A stretch of DNA of 64,000 nt from Hyphomicrobiaceae bacterium (GTDB lineage Bacteria; Pseudomonadota; Alphaproteobacteria; Rhizobiales; Hyphomicrobiaceae), in contig JBHJOC010000007.1 in the NCBI GenBank assembly GCA_050330095.1, positions 2,820 to 66,819 on the forward strand, in the 5' to 3' direction. The notes below the pieces were generated by a model. It made no database searches, was not told the origin of the DNA, and saw only the letters and a list, made by a program, of their open reading frames with translations. Shown here in pieces: positions 40,300 through 49,828 of the stretch. The first letter of the stretch is position 1. Each line of letters starts with the position of its first letter. The translations under genes were made by a program, and so were the position numbers.

Positions 40300-41259
40300 G
40301 TGAGGCTGTTCGGGCTCGGAAAGCCACGTCAAACGGATATCGCGGATGCGGGGAGCCTGCGCGACCGGTCTGCGCGCGCCGGATATGATGCAGTTCTCGA
40401 GGCGGACCTCGAGGGTCCACCGGCCGCATTTCTGCGCGCCCCGCCCGACGCGAATCTTGTCGCGCGTGACGAGCGATCCTCTGTTGTCGCAAGCCAAAGC
40501 GACGGCGATGAGGAAAACATGCCGGCATCCGCCCTTGGCGAGGGGTGGCTCGCAGTCGAAAACGTCATGAAGACGTATGGCCGCAGAACCGTCGTCAAGG
40601 GTGTCAGCCTCGAACTCGAGCGCGGCGAATCTGTGGGTCTGCTCGGCCCCAACGGTGCGGGAAAGACGACGGTCTTTTACATGATCACAGGGCTCGTTCC
40701 CGCCGACAAGGGCCGGATTTATCTCGACGGTCTCGATGTCACGCGGTTGCCGATGTACCGGCGCGCGCGCCTCGGCATTGGTTATCTGCCCCAGGAATCG
40801 TCGATCTTTCGCGGGCTTACTGTCGAGCAGAACATCATGGCCGTGCTCGAGATCTCTGAGCCTAATCGCAAGCGGCGAAAAGAGCGGCTCGATGCCCTGC
40901 TCGAGGAATTTCGCATCACGCGGCTGCGGAAGTCACCATCGATTGCCCTGTCAGGCGGCGAACGGCGACGCTGCGAAATCGCCCGCGCGCTTGCCAGTAA
41001 CCCCTCGTTCATCCTGTTGGATGAACCCTTTGCAGGGATCGATCCCATTGCCGTCGGCGATATTCAGGTGCTCGTGCGTCACTTGACGCAGCGCGGTATC
41101 GGCGTGCTGATCACTGATCACAACGTGCGCGAAACCCTCGCGCTGATCGATCGGGCCTATATCATCTATGATGGTACCGTGTTGACGCAGGGTCGCCCCG
41201 AGGAAATCGTGCGAAACGAGGAGGTTCGGCGTGTCTACCTCGGTGACATGTTCGGTTAA
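40300..41259 (+). CDS. lptB: LPS export ABC transporter ATP-binding protein LptB
   Basis: Walker A GPNGAGKTT, signature LSGGERRRCEIARAL and Walker B ILLDEPFAGIDP. The GTG at 40300 follows GGAGAGG. An alternative ATG at 40519 would remove a 73-aa N-terminal extension. Confidence 0.9.
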   Translation: MRLFGLGKPRQTDIADAGSLRDRSARAGYDAVLEADLEGPPAAFLRAPPDANLVARDERSSVVASQSDGDEENMPASALGEGWLAVENVMKTYGRRTVVKGVSLELERGESVGLLGPNGAGKTTVFYMITGLVPADKGRIYLDGLDVTRLPMYRRARLGIGYLPQESSIFRGLTVEQNIMAVLEISEPNRKRRKERLDALLEEFRITRLRKSPSIALSGGERRRCEIARALASNPSFILLDEPFAGIDPIAVGDIQVLVRHLTQRGIGVLITDHNVRETLALIDRAYIIYDGTVLTQGRPEEIVRNEEVRRVYLGDMFG

Positions 41260-41357
41260 GCTCCTTGCCTTACGGTAACGGCGTCGGGGCGCGTCGGCAC
41301 CTGTTGGATAGGTCGGCGCAGTGTTGCGTTCGGTGAGAGTTCGGGAATTCGACAGGC

Positions 41358-42935
41358 ATGGCCATCTCTGCCAAGCTCGAAATTCGTCAGGGGCAGCAGC
41401 TCGTCATGACGCCGCAGCTGCAACAAGCAATTCGCTTGTTGCAGTTCTCGAACATGGAGCTGTCGGCGTTCGTTGAAGCCGAGCTTGAACGCAATCCGCT
41501 GCTCGAACGTGACGAGCGTGACGATGAGCCTACCTCGTCCTCGACTGAGGCCGACATCGGCCGCGGGAGCGAGACCGAAACTTCGGATGCTGCTCAGGAT
41601 GCCGAGCGGACGGAGGCCTTGGACAACGGCGACGAGCAGTGGCTGGATCTGCGCAGCGACGGCGCGGTGGCGCGCGATGCGCTCGATACGGAGGCCGATG
41701 CCCTTTATCCTGATGCAGCCCCGAGCGATCTCGTCGATCCGATTGGCCAGGGTCTGAGCCTGAACGCGATGCAGGCCACCAACTCCCAGTCGTTCCAAGA
41801 CAGAGAGACCAGCCTCGAGGCCTACGTGAGTTCGGAAGTGTCGCTGAAGGATCATCTGGCGACGCAGATCAATGTTATGACGGGCGATCTCGGCGAGCGC
41901 ATGATCGCGCTCTACCTGCTTGAGTACGTTGATGAAGCCGGCTACCTGAGGCTCGATCTCGCCGAGGCTGCAGAACGGCTTGGAACGTCCTTTGAGACGG
42001 TGGAGCGGGTCTTGAAGCTTGTCCAAACGTGCGACCCACCAGGCGTGTTTGCGCGCGATCTTGCCGAGTGTCTCGCGCTGCAATTGGCCGAGCTGGATCG
42101 GCTTGATCCGTTGATGGCTGCGTTTCTCACGCATCTCGATCGGCTGGCGAACCACGATCTCGCCGGCCTCAAGCGCGTGCTTGGTGTCGATTCGGATGAC
42201 ATCGCCGACATGGTTGCCGAGATCAAAGGGCTTAACCCGAAACCCGGTCTCATCTTCGGATCGACGCCGGTTCAGCCGATCGTACCCGATGTGATTGTTC
42301 GCGCCGCAAAGGATGGCAGCTGGCTGATCGAGCTCAATCAGGAGACGCTGCCGCGCGTTCTTGTCAACCGATCCTACTATGCACGCGTGTCGCAGAAGGC
42401 GCGCGGCCCGGGCGACAAGGACTACCTCGTCGAGTGCTTGCAGACAGCGAATTGGCTGGTCAAGAGCCTCGATCAGCGTGCGCGGACCATTCTCAAGGTC
42501 TCGGAAGAGATCGTTCGCCAGCAGGACGGCTTCTTCAGTCGCGGGGTGGAGCATCTCAGGCCGCTCAACCTGCGAACCGTTGCAGATGCGATTTCAATGC
42601 ATGAGTCGACGATCAGCCGCGTGACGTCGAACAAGTATATCGCCACCCCGCGCGGCATCTTCGAACTCAAGTATTTTTTCACGTCCGCGATCAACTCGGC
42701 CGACGATGGCGAAGCTTTTTCATCCGAAGCCGTGCGCCATCGCATCAAAGCGCTGATCGATTGTGAAACAGCCGAGGACGTATTGTCCGACGACAAGATC
42801 GTCGAGAAACTCCGCTGCGAGGGCATCGACATCGCCCGCCGGACCGTCGCCAAGTATCGCGAAGGGATGCATATTGCCTCATCGATCCAGCGCCGACGCC
42901 AGAAGCGGCTCGCTGAGCAGATGGCCAGGGCCTGA
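41358..42935 (+). CDS. rpoN: RNA polymerase sigma-54 factor
   Basis: N-terminal region I (QLVMTPQLQQAIRLLQ), an acidic region II and the C-terminal RpoN box ARRTVAKYR. Confidence 0.97.
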   Translation: MAISAKLEIRQGQQLVMTPQLQQAIRLLQFSNMELSAFVEAELERNPLLERDERDDEPTSSSTEADIGRGSETETSDAAQDAERTEALDNGDEQWLDLRSDGAVARDALDTEADALYPDAAPSDLVDPIGQGLSLNAMQATNSQSFQDRETSLEAYVSSEVSLKDHLATQINVMTGDLGERMIALYLLEYVDEAGYLRLDLAEAAERLGTSFETVERVLKLVQTCDPPGVFARDLAECLALQLAELDRLDPLMAAFLTHLDRLANHDLAGLKRVLGVDSDDIADMVAEIKGLNPKPGLIFGSTPVQPIVPDVIVRAAKDGSWLIELNQETLPRVLVNRSYYARVSQKARGPGDKDYLVECLQTANWLVKSLDQRARTILKVSEEIVRQQDGFFSRGVEHLRPLNLRTVADAISMHESTISRVTSNKYIATPRGIFELKYFFTSAINSADDGEAFSSEAVRHRIKALIDCETAEDVLSDDKIVEKLRCEGIDIARRTVAKYREGMHIASSIQRRRQKRLAEQMARA

Positions 42936-43075
42936 GCCCGCCTGACCCGAGATGGGCCTTGTCCAAGCGATGTTGAGCGCAGGCCACGGACGATCGTCTA
43001 AGGCACCAAGTCTGCCGATGCAGATCCTAGGACTCGCTTTCCGTCGTTCGTGAGCAACCCTCGTCAGACGCCGAA

Positions 43076-43192
43076 ACGAACGACGGAGCGCAAAGAGTAC
43101 GAGCAACAGATTGGATCTCGTACCGCTTTTCGATCAGAAGTCCTTGGCAGGCGCGGCTTGCGGATGGTGCAGGGACTTTTGAGCGGCGGTAC
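43076..43192. repeat. 117-nt non-coding element, copy 2 (candidate structured RNA or repeat family)
   Basis: 95/117 identical to 21137-21253 with no gaps. The 15-bp stem is conserved (43132-43146 with 43170-43184). An extra 11-bp hairpin is formed with 43040-43050. Confidence 0.8.
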
Positions 43193-43588
43193 TGGACCCA
43201 CGCCCGGCGTCGACGCAAAGCCGTCTCCGCCTCGACCATTTCTCCCTTGGAGCGCCAGTGAGGACCGATCGCTCGACGGCCAGAGTTGCGTTTGACCTGC
43301 AGCCAGCGCGAGCATAGGTTTGTCGACCGTCCCGTTCGAGCGATGTCGGTGAGGCTCGACAGTCGGACTGCTGAGCCTTGGCGAGAGGCAGCGCGGCCCG
43401 TCAGTGCCCGAGATCGCGAATCTGGCGGCCTGCTGCACCGCTCGCCGCTGCTCGCCATAGGAGAATTTGCCGGGCCCGGCCGGCGCAGCTCGAGGGACAG
43501 AATCAACAGGATCTCGCCCGACCGTGGATCATAACGCTCATCGGTTCGCGCGCGACTTGCAGGCACAGACGTCGACAGGGCATCGAAC

Positions 43589-44314
43589 ATGACCATACAA
43601 GTCACCGGCAAACATCTCGAAACGGGCGAAGCCTTCCAATCCTTCGTTATCGAGCGGACGCGCGGTGTTCTCGAGAAATACATTGGCCCTGAGATCTCAG
43701 GCCACGTGCGCGTTGAAAAGGAACGCGTCGGCTTCAAGACCAATTGCTCAATCAGATTAAAAACAGGGTTGCTCGTCGAGGCCCAGGGTCGTGGCGACGA
43801 CGCCTACGCAAGCGCCGAGGCTGCGCTGGTCCACCTGGAGAAGCGCGTGCGGCGCTATAAGCGCAGGCTCAAGGATCATCATACGAAAGAGGCCGTGGAG
43901 CGCACGCAGTTTGGCGCGTTCGTCAATGATTATACCGTGCGCGCGGACGATGAGGCCGATCACGTTCCTCCGGCACAAGACGTGCATGCCGAAGATCGCC
44001 AAGGTCATCACAATCATGCCGCGCTGAACATCGATGGCGTCGACGAAGACCTTGCTGAGGCTTTCGGTGAACCAACGAGCGGGTCGGATCAGCAGGCGGT
44101 TGGCGCGATTGAGGATGCGCCCGTGATCGTTGCCGAGACCACGCGGCCCGTCCATGAGTTCTCGGTTCGCGAAGCGGTCATGCAGCTGGACTTGACCGAA
44201 GACACGGTTCTGGTATTCCGCAATGCAGCAACAGGGAATGTGAATGTGGTTTATCGGCGAGCCGACGGGCACATCGGCTGGATTGATCCGATGCCGCGGG
44301 AGACCAGGACCTAG
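43589..44314 (+). CDS. hpf: Ribosome hibernation promoting factor, long form
   Basis: N-terminal S30AE/HPF domain (MTIQVTGKHLETGEAFQSFV...) and a C-terminal dimerisation domain (VIVAETTRPVHEFSVREAVMQLDL...). It lies downstream of rpoN. Confidence 0.9.
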   Translation: MTIQVTGKHLETGEAFQSFVIERTRGVLEKYIGPEISGHVRVEKERVGFKTNCSIRLKTGLLVEAQGRGDDAYASAEAALVHLEKRVRRYKRRLKDHHTKEAVERTQFGAFVNDYTVRADDEADHVPPAQDVHAEDRQGHHNHAALNIDGVDEDLAEAFGEPTSGSDQQAVGAIEDAPVIVAETTRPVHEFSVREAVMQLDLTEDTVLVFRNAATGNVNVVYRRADGHIGWIDPMPRETRT

Positions 44315-44574
44315 TGGGGTGCGTCGCGCCTCAATTGACCTATGCGTGCGGCACGCTGGGCGTCAATTAAGGCGTGATCAACGCCACAGCACGCCATCAA
44401 GTTTGCTCGTGGCCTGTCTCGCCTAAATCGTCAACGGTTGCACCCCGCGTAGCGATCTGGCGGTACTAGAGGGCTTCAAGGTCTGGCACGCCGACGAACA
44501 GCAGCGAGATGTCCCCTTCCTGGCTCTCCTCACAACCATTTAGACGCTCAGGTGAGCGTTGGGACGTGCGATCT

Positions 44575-45042
44575 ATGGATCTAGGCGACATCGTCGAATT
44601 GGAGGGCATCCTCCCCGATCTCCGGGCCCGCAGCAAAAAGCAGGTTCTGCAGGAATTGTCGGATCACGCTGGTGAGTTCGTTGGCGTCCCGGCGCGCGAG
44701 ATCTTCGATACACTGTTGCAGCGGGAGCGGCTTGGCTCGACGGGTCTTGGCCGAGGGATCGCGATCCCTCATATCAAGCTGGCGAACCTTGATCGGATCG
44801 TATGCCTGTTCGCCCGGCTCCACGAACCCGTCGACTTCGACGCGATTGACGGTGAGCCCGTCGACCTGGTGTTCGTCCTGCTCGCGCCTGAACATGCAAG
44901 CGGGGATCATCTCAAGGCATTGTCCAGGATTTCGCGCCTGATCAGAGCGCCTTCGCGCCTCGATGAACTGCGCGCCGCCAGGACAGCCGACCAGATCCTC
45001 GCCATCCTCACGAGCATGGGCACGACATCACACGCGGCTTGA
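44575..45042 (+). CDS. ptsN: PTS IIA-like nitrogen regulatory protein PtsN
   Basis: EIIA-Ntr fold with the phospho-His motif GRGIAIPH. The ATG is at 44575. This is the conserved rpoN-hpf-ptsN order. Confidence 0.9.
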   Translation: MDLGDIVELEGILPDLRARSKKQVLQELSDHAGEFVGVPAREIFDTLLQRERLGSTGLGRGIAIPHIKLANLDRIVCLFARLHEPVDFDAIDGEPVDLVFVLLAPEHASGDHLKALSRISRLIRAPSRLDELRAARTADQILAILTSMGTTSHAA

Positions 45043-45244
45043 TCAGCCTGCAGCGATTGATCTCGGGATGCACCGAACCTGCCTCAAGGATCGGCGATCT
45101 GCATGAATTGGTGCAGAAGTTCTGGACCGTTTGTGCTGTTGCGTGGACGAACCGCCACCGCCCCCTCAGCCCTTTAAGCCCAAGAGGACGCTGCTGTGCC
45201 TTCGCGTCGTCGCGTGAGGCCGCTTGCCAACAATGGCGAGCGGC

Positions 45245-46042
45245 TCAGCCGAGCACCGCAAGGCCGACCAGTCCTGCTGTGCCAACAACAATGCGCCACC
45301 ACGCGAACAAGGAAAATCCGTAGCGGCTCACGTAGTCGAGTAGAAACTTGACGACCACGACCGCTGCGATGAACGCCATCACGAACCCGAGCACGATGTT
45401 CATGACATCGCCAGTGTCGAGGATCGTATAGTTTTTGTAGAGATCGTAAGCGAACGCGCCGGCCATGGTCGGCATGGCAAGAAAGAACGAGAACTCAGCG
45501 GCCGAGCGCTTGTCCGTCCCGAGCATTAGTGCTCCGACGATCGTTGCGCCGGACCGCGAGACGCCTGGGATCATCGCCAGACACTGGCAGACCCCGATCA
45601 GGAGTGCGATCGAGATTGGGAAGTTCATGGCATCGCGATAGCGTGGCGTGAACGTCATCCGGTCGACCATCAGCAGCACGACCCCACCTATGATCAGCGT
45701 CGCGCAAATGAGGGTCGGCGTTTCGAACAGCACGGACTTGATGAAGTCGTGTGCGAGAACGCCGACAAATGCGGCGGGGAGAAAGGCGGTGAGGATCGAG
45801 ATGACGAACTTTCGGCTCTCGGCCTGAGTGTGAAGGCTCGAGGCTACCTTCCAGAGCTTCGCAAAATAGATCGAAAGCAGGGCAACGATCGCGCCGAGTT
45901 GAATGAGGACCTCAAATGTCTTGCCAGGCGAGTTGACCCCGAGGAAATGCCCCGCGAGCAACAGGTGGCCCGTCGATGAAACGGGAATGAACTCGGTCAG
46001 TCCCTCGAGCAGTCCGAGTACGATCACCTGCCACGTTTCCAT
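45245..46042 (-). CDS. uppP: Undecaprenyl-diphosphate phosphatase
   Basis: N-terminal [17 protein letters not shown] motif and an eight-TM BacA-family profile. The ATG at 46040-46042 follows GGAGG. Confidence 0.92.
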   Translation of the reverse strand: METWQVIVLGLLEGLTEFIPVSSTGHLLLAGHFLGVNSPGKTFEVLIQLGAIVALLSIYFAKLWKVASSLHTQAESRKFVISILTAFLPAAFVGVLAHDFIKSVLFETPTLICATLIIGGVVLLMVDRMTFTPRYRDAMNFPISIALLIGVCQCLAMIPGVSRSGATIVGALMLGTDKRSAAEFSFFLAMPTMAGAFAYDLYKNYTILDTGDVMNIVLGFVMAFIAAVVVVKFLLDYVSRYGFSLFAWWRIVVGTAGLVGLAVLG

Positions 46043-46201
46043 GAGTCCTCCACCGGTCACTGTTGCAACTGAGCTCGCCGATGGTCCGGCCGTCGTTGGA
46101 ACTCTGCCGGGAAAATGCTAATTCCCCGCGGGCGTCAATCGCTGTGCAGTGTTCAGGCAGCGGTTCGTTGGTCATGTGCGGATCGGGAGGCACGCCACGC
46201 C

Positions 46202-46933
46202 ATGATGCTGACACACTTCAAACTGTGCCCGTTCTCCCGGACCGTCCGGTTGCTGCTCGGCGAGTTCGCGCTGGAACCGGAGTTGCGAGACGTCATGCCC
46301 TGGTCGCCAGGTTCTGAAGTTCTCGCCAAGAATCCAGCCGGTACGCTGCCCATTCTCGACACAGCGAACGGAATGACGCTCTGCGGCTCTTATCCCGTGG
46401 CGGAATTCATCGCAGAGATCCAGTCGACCGGCCGTGATGTGGCGGTCGCCCTCGGCGCAAGGGGCGGCACGCCGACGGCGACCATTAGCCCTGACTTGTT
46501 CCCTGATATGCTGGAAGACCGCGCAGAGGTGCGCCGGCTCGTCGACTGGTTCAACCTTAAGTGCGACCGAGAAGTGACGCAGGAGTTTCTCTATGAGAAG
46601 GTCCGCTCAGTCCTCCAGCCCGCGGCCAACAGTACACCAAACGTCCAGATGCTGAGAGCCGCGCGCGCGAACCTCAACTATCATCTCGACTATCTGGCTT
46701 TTCTCGCAGCAAACAGGAATTGGCTTGGTGGCGAACGCATTTCACTCGCCGATTTCGTTGCAGCAGCTCATCTGTCGGTCGTTGATTTTCTCGGCGAAGT
46801 GGATTGGGACCGCCATCAGCCGGCGAAAGAGTGGTATCAAAAAATCAAGTGTCGCCCCAGTTTCAGACCGCTGCTCCAGGATCTCGTCCCAGGCCTCAGG
46901 CCGCCAGCGCATTATGGCGCGCTGGACTTCTGA
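46202..46933 (+). CDS. Glutathione S-transferase-family protein
   Basis: Thioredoxin-like N-domain with CPFS (KLCPFSRTVRLLL...NPAGTLPIL) and a helical C-domain. The ATG is at 46202. Confidence 0.75.
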   Translation: MMLTHFKLCPFSRTVRLLLGEFALEPELRDVMPWSPGSEVLAKNPAGTLPILDTANGMTLCGSYPVAEFIAEIQSTGRDVAVALGARGGTPTATISPDLFPDMLEDRAEVRRLVDWFNLKCDREVTQEFLYEKVRSVLQPAANSTPNVQMLRAARANLNYHLDYLAFLAANRNWLGGERISLADFVAAAHLSVVDFLGEVDWDRHQPAKEWYQKIKCRPSFRPLLQDLVPGLRPPAHYGALDF

Positions 46934-46997
46934 GCCGTCGACGAGAGATACGGGAGCGTGCTCGGCTCCCGCATCAGATGTCTGACTCGCAAACGCC

Positions 46998-47687
46998 TCA
47001 CGCTGATGCATGCAGCCGCGGGTTGACGAGCGTGCGATAGAGCGGGCTCTCGCGCAGGCTGTGGAGGGCCTTCGCAGCAGCCAGAACCGCAAGGTCGACG
47101 ATAGGCTCCACGACGACGACCATCGCATAAGAGAGGCCGAACGTCGCAACACCGTCGAGGCTTTGCGCCGTTACGCCCTGGCCATAGAAGACCCAGAACG
47201 CAACCCATGCAACGACACCGCCTTGAAAAGCGAGCGACAACGCGAGCACCTGCCCGTAGCCCAAGTCTTTGTAGGCTGTTTCTTTTGGAATGACGCGGTT
47301 TGCCAGTATGGCCATGGCAAACAGCGGTACGAGCAACGTCGTCACGTTCGCGGCGTATTGCGGCAGGTCATCTGGCGCGAAAAACAGGCTTTGGATTGCA
47401 AGGCCGCCTGCGAGCCCGACAGCGGTCGGCCCGAGACCGAGCACGAGGAACAGCGTCGTCGCCAGGATGAAGTGTACCTCCGAGACACCGGCCGAGAACG
47501 TCGGGAGAAGCTCGAAGAAGACGAAAGTGAGCGACGTTGCCAGTGCTGCACGCAGGCCGAACGCCATCAGGCCGCCGTGCCGGATCGCGTCGAAGGCCAG
47601 TTTGGCGGCAACACCGGCGGCACCTGCTGCCGTCGCATAGCTGAGGGTTAGTTTTGCAGCGTCAATGACGCCAGGCTCGATATGCAT
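46998..47687 (-). CDS. CbiM/NikM-like membrane protein (putative cobalt uptake component), solitary
   Basis: The N-terminus MHIEPG resembles the metal-binding Met-His N-terminus of CbiM/NikM. It is a polytopic membrane protein lying directly downstream of a cobalamin riboswitch. The ATG at 47685-47687 follows AGGAGA. Confidence 0.55.
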   Translation of the reverse strand: MHIEPGVIDAAKLTLSYATAAGAAGVAAKLAFDAIRHGGLMAFGLRAALATSLTFVFFELLPTFSAGVSEVHFILATTLFLVLGLGPTAVGLAGGLAIQSLFFAPDDLPQYAANVTTLLVPLFAMAILANRVIPKETAYKDLGYGQVLALSLAFQGGVVAWVAFWVFYGQGVTAQSLDGVATFGLSYAMVVVVEPIVDLAVLAAAKALHSLRESPLYRTLVNPRLHASA

Positions 47688-47714
47688 GAAGATGGTCTCC
47701 TGGTCCTGCACCCA

Positions 47715-47945
47715 CCGTGCAAAGCCCGCAAAGGGTGATCCGATGCGAGCGGTCGTTGTCGGGCAGGTCTCCTGACTCGTGCGTTATGCCCTGCGCCGCC
47801 TTCCCAGTTCCGCTTGAATAAAATCAAGCGACACCAGTGGCCTATGGCGTAGGGCACGCACTCACAGTTGCGGGGGCAGTCGCGGATCGGGTCAGGCTTG
47901 CTTCGACCCTACCGTGTTCCCTTTTGATCCTGCGAGCTTGGCTCG
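47715..47945 (-). promoter_or_regulatory. Cobalamin (B12) riboswitch
   Basis: The minus-strand RNA carries AAAAGGGAAC, CTGCCCCCGCAACTGT, GGCCACTG, ACTGGGAAGGC and the B12 box AGTCAGGAGACCTGCC in the canonical order. It ends about 25 nt before the RBS of the downstream gene. The boundaries are approximate. Confidence 0.85.
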
Positions 47946-48280
47946 CGTGGAACCCGACGTGCGAACGCTAGCACCAGCATCTGTCCACTCCAAGTGACAG
48001 GCGCGCGACACCCGACGATTTGCCGATAGGGTCCGCTGCACGGCGATCGTCTGTGCGGTCAACACCATATGGCTAATCCGGAGACCGCGAACTGCTGTTT
48101 GACTTTTGAGCTTCGGGAGCCCATACGGCGTTCCAGGAGGGGGGCGGCCAGCGAGGACTGCGCCGGCCGCACCTCAACCCAAAAGCCACCCGTCAGCGCG
48201 TTGCGCCCACGGGTGCTTTCGTCGTTTGCGCTTGCCCAAGTGCTGTGCGCGGTCGCAACCCGCGAGTGGACGGAGTGGTG

Positions 48281-49825
48281 ATGTTCGAAACGCTGTCGGA
48301 TCGTCTGTCGGGCATATTCGATAAGCTGACGCGCCGTGGTGCACTCACCGACAGCGATGTGGCTGAGGCCATGCGCGAGGTGCGGCGCGCTCTGCTGGAA
48401 GCCGACGTCGCGCTGCCGGTCGTGAGGGATTTTGTCGAGGCCGTTCGCGAAAAAGCGGTTGGCCAAGAGGTCGTGCGCTCGGTGACGCCGGGTCAGATGG
48501 TCATCAAGATCGTCAACGACGAACTCGTTCGGATGCTCGGCTCGGACGCCAAGCCGATTGACACCGATGCAGCGCCACCGGTCGCGATCCTGATGGTTGG
48601 GTTGCAGGGGTCCGGCAAGACGACGACGACGGCCAAGATCGCCAAGCGCTTGACCGACAGAGACAAAAAGAAGGTTCTGATGGCCTCGCTCGATACGCGA
48701 CGGCCTGCAGCCCAGGAACAGCTTCGCGTTCTCGGCGAACAGACAGGCGTTGCGACGCTGCCGATCATCGCCGGTCAGACACCCCTTCAAATCGCACGCC
48801 GCGCCATGGATGCCGCCAAGCTCGGTGGATACGACGTCGTGATGCTCGATACGGCGGGCCGCGTGACGGTCGACGAGGGCCTGATGGACGAGGCGGCGGA
48901 CGTCCGCCGGGCCACGAGCCCCCACGAGGTGCTGCTCGTTGCTGATGCGCTCACCGGACAGGACGCGGTGAATACGGCCCAGGCATTTGACAACCGCGTC
49001 GGCATCACCGGGATCGTTTTGACACGCGTCGATGGTGATGGACGCGGCGGCGCTGCCCTGTCGATGCGTGCGGTGACGGGCAAACCGATAAAGCTCCTCG
49101 GCACGGGCGAGAAGTGGGACGCACTCGAAGACTTTCACCCGGCCCGCGTCGCCAATCGCATTCTCGGCATGGGCGACATCGTCAGCCTGGTCGAGAAGGC
49201 CGCCGAGGCGATGGATGTCGAGAAGGCAGAGAAAATGGCCGCGAAGCTGCGCAAGGGCAGCTTCGATCTCGATGATTTTGCCGATCAACTCAAGCAGATG
49301 GAGCGGATGGGCGGCATGGGCGGGCTGATGGGCCTGATGCCGGGCATGGGCAAGATGAAGGGCCAACTCGAGGCCGCGGGCTTCGGCGACAAGCAGGTTC
49401 GGCGCCAGCACGCGATCATCACGTCGATGACCAAAAAGGAACGTGCCAACCCGAAGGTGATCGACGGCAAGCGGCGCAAGCGGATCGCGGCCGGTTCCGG
49501 CACGACGGTGGCCGACGTCAACAAGCTCTTGAAGATGCATCGGCAGATGGCCGACATGATGAAGGAGATGGGACGCAACAAGGGCTTGATGTCGCGCATG
49601 ATGGGTGGCCTTGGCGGCATGGCCGGTCTCGGCGGCGGCGCACAGCAGCCGAGCCCTGAAATGATCGAGCAGGCGAAGAGTGCCCTCAAGTCCGGCCAGC
49701 TGCCTAAGGGCCTGCCGGGGCTGCCCGGCGGGGCCGGTCGCGCCCTGCCAGGGCTTGGCGGCGGTGGTCTCCATGGTCTCGGTAGTGGCTTACCCGGCCT
49801 GCCGGGCGGCAAGAAGAAGCGCTGA
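48281..49825 (+). CDS. ffh: Signal recognition particle protein Ffh
   Basis: N-terminus MFETLSDRLSGIFDKL, GTPase motifs GLQGSGKTTT and DTAGR, and a Met-rich M domain with a Gly/Pro-rich tail. The ATG at 48281 follows GGAG. Confidence 0.97.
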   Translation: MFETLSDRLSGIFDKLTRRGALTDSDVAEAMREVRRALLEADVALPVVRDFVEAVREKAVGQEVVRSVTPGQMVIKIVNDELVRMLGSDAKPIDTDAAPPVAILMVGLQGSGKTTTTAKIAKRLTDRDKKKVLMASLDTRRPAAQEQLRVLGEQTGVATLPIIAGQTPLQIARRAMDAAKLGGYDVVMLDTAGRVTVDEGLMDEAADVRRATSPHEVLLVADALTGQDAVNTAQAFDNRVGITGIVLTRVDGDGRGGAALSMRAVTGKPIKLLGTGEKWDALEDFHPARVANRILGMGDIVSLVEKAAEAMDVEKAEKMAAKLRKGSFDLDDFADQLKQMERMGGMGGLMGLMPGMGKMKGQLEAAGFGDKQVRRQHAIITSMTKKERANPKVIDGKRRKRIAAGSGTTVADVNKLLKMHRQMADMMKEMGRNKGLMSRMMGGLGGMAGLGGGAQQPSPEMIEQAKSALKSGQLPKGLPGLPGGAGRALPGLGGGGLHGLGSGLPGLPGGKKKR

Positions 49826-49828
49826 GCC

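Noticed and set aside
41256-42554. 432-aa ORF on the minus strand
   Set aside because: It is antisense to rpoN, so I treat it as a shadow ORF.
43027-43743. 238-aa minus-strand ORF spanning the rpoN-hpf spacer
   Set aside because: It overlaps the hpf start in antisense, its composition is Arg/Ser/Pro-rich, and it has no RBS. The similarity between the two 117-nt copies shows no synonymous-site bias in this frame.
44367-44382. TTAA-N7-TCAAC, a near match to the CtrA box (TTAA-N7-TTAAC), upstream of ptsN
   Set aside because: It has one mismatch in the critical second half-site. It is a single occurrence and nothing supports cell-cycle control of ptsN.
44484-44489. TGGCAC, a possible sigma-54 -24 element upstream of ptsN
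   Set aside because: No TTGC occurs at the -12 spacing; the sequence continues GCCGACGAAC.
48059-49774. 571-aa ORF on the minus strand
   Set aside because: It is antisense to ffh, which is unambiguous. The product is low-complexity and Arg/His/Leu-rich, so I treat it as a shadow ORF.
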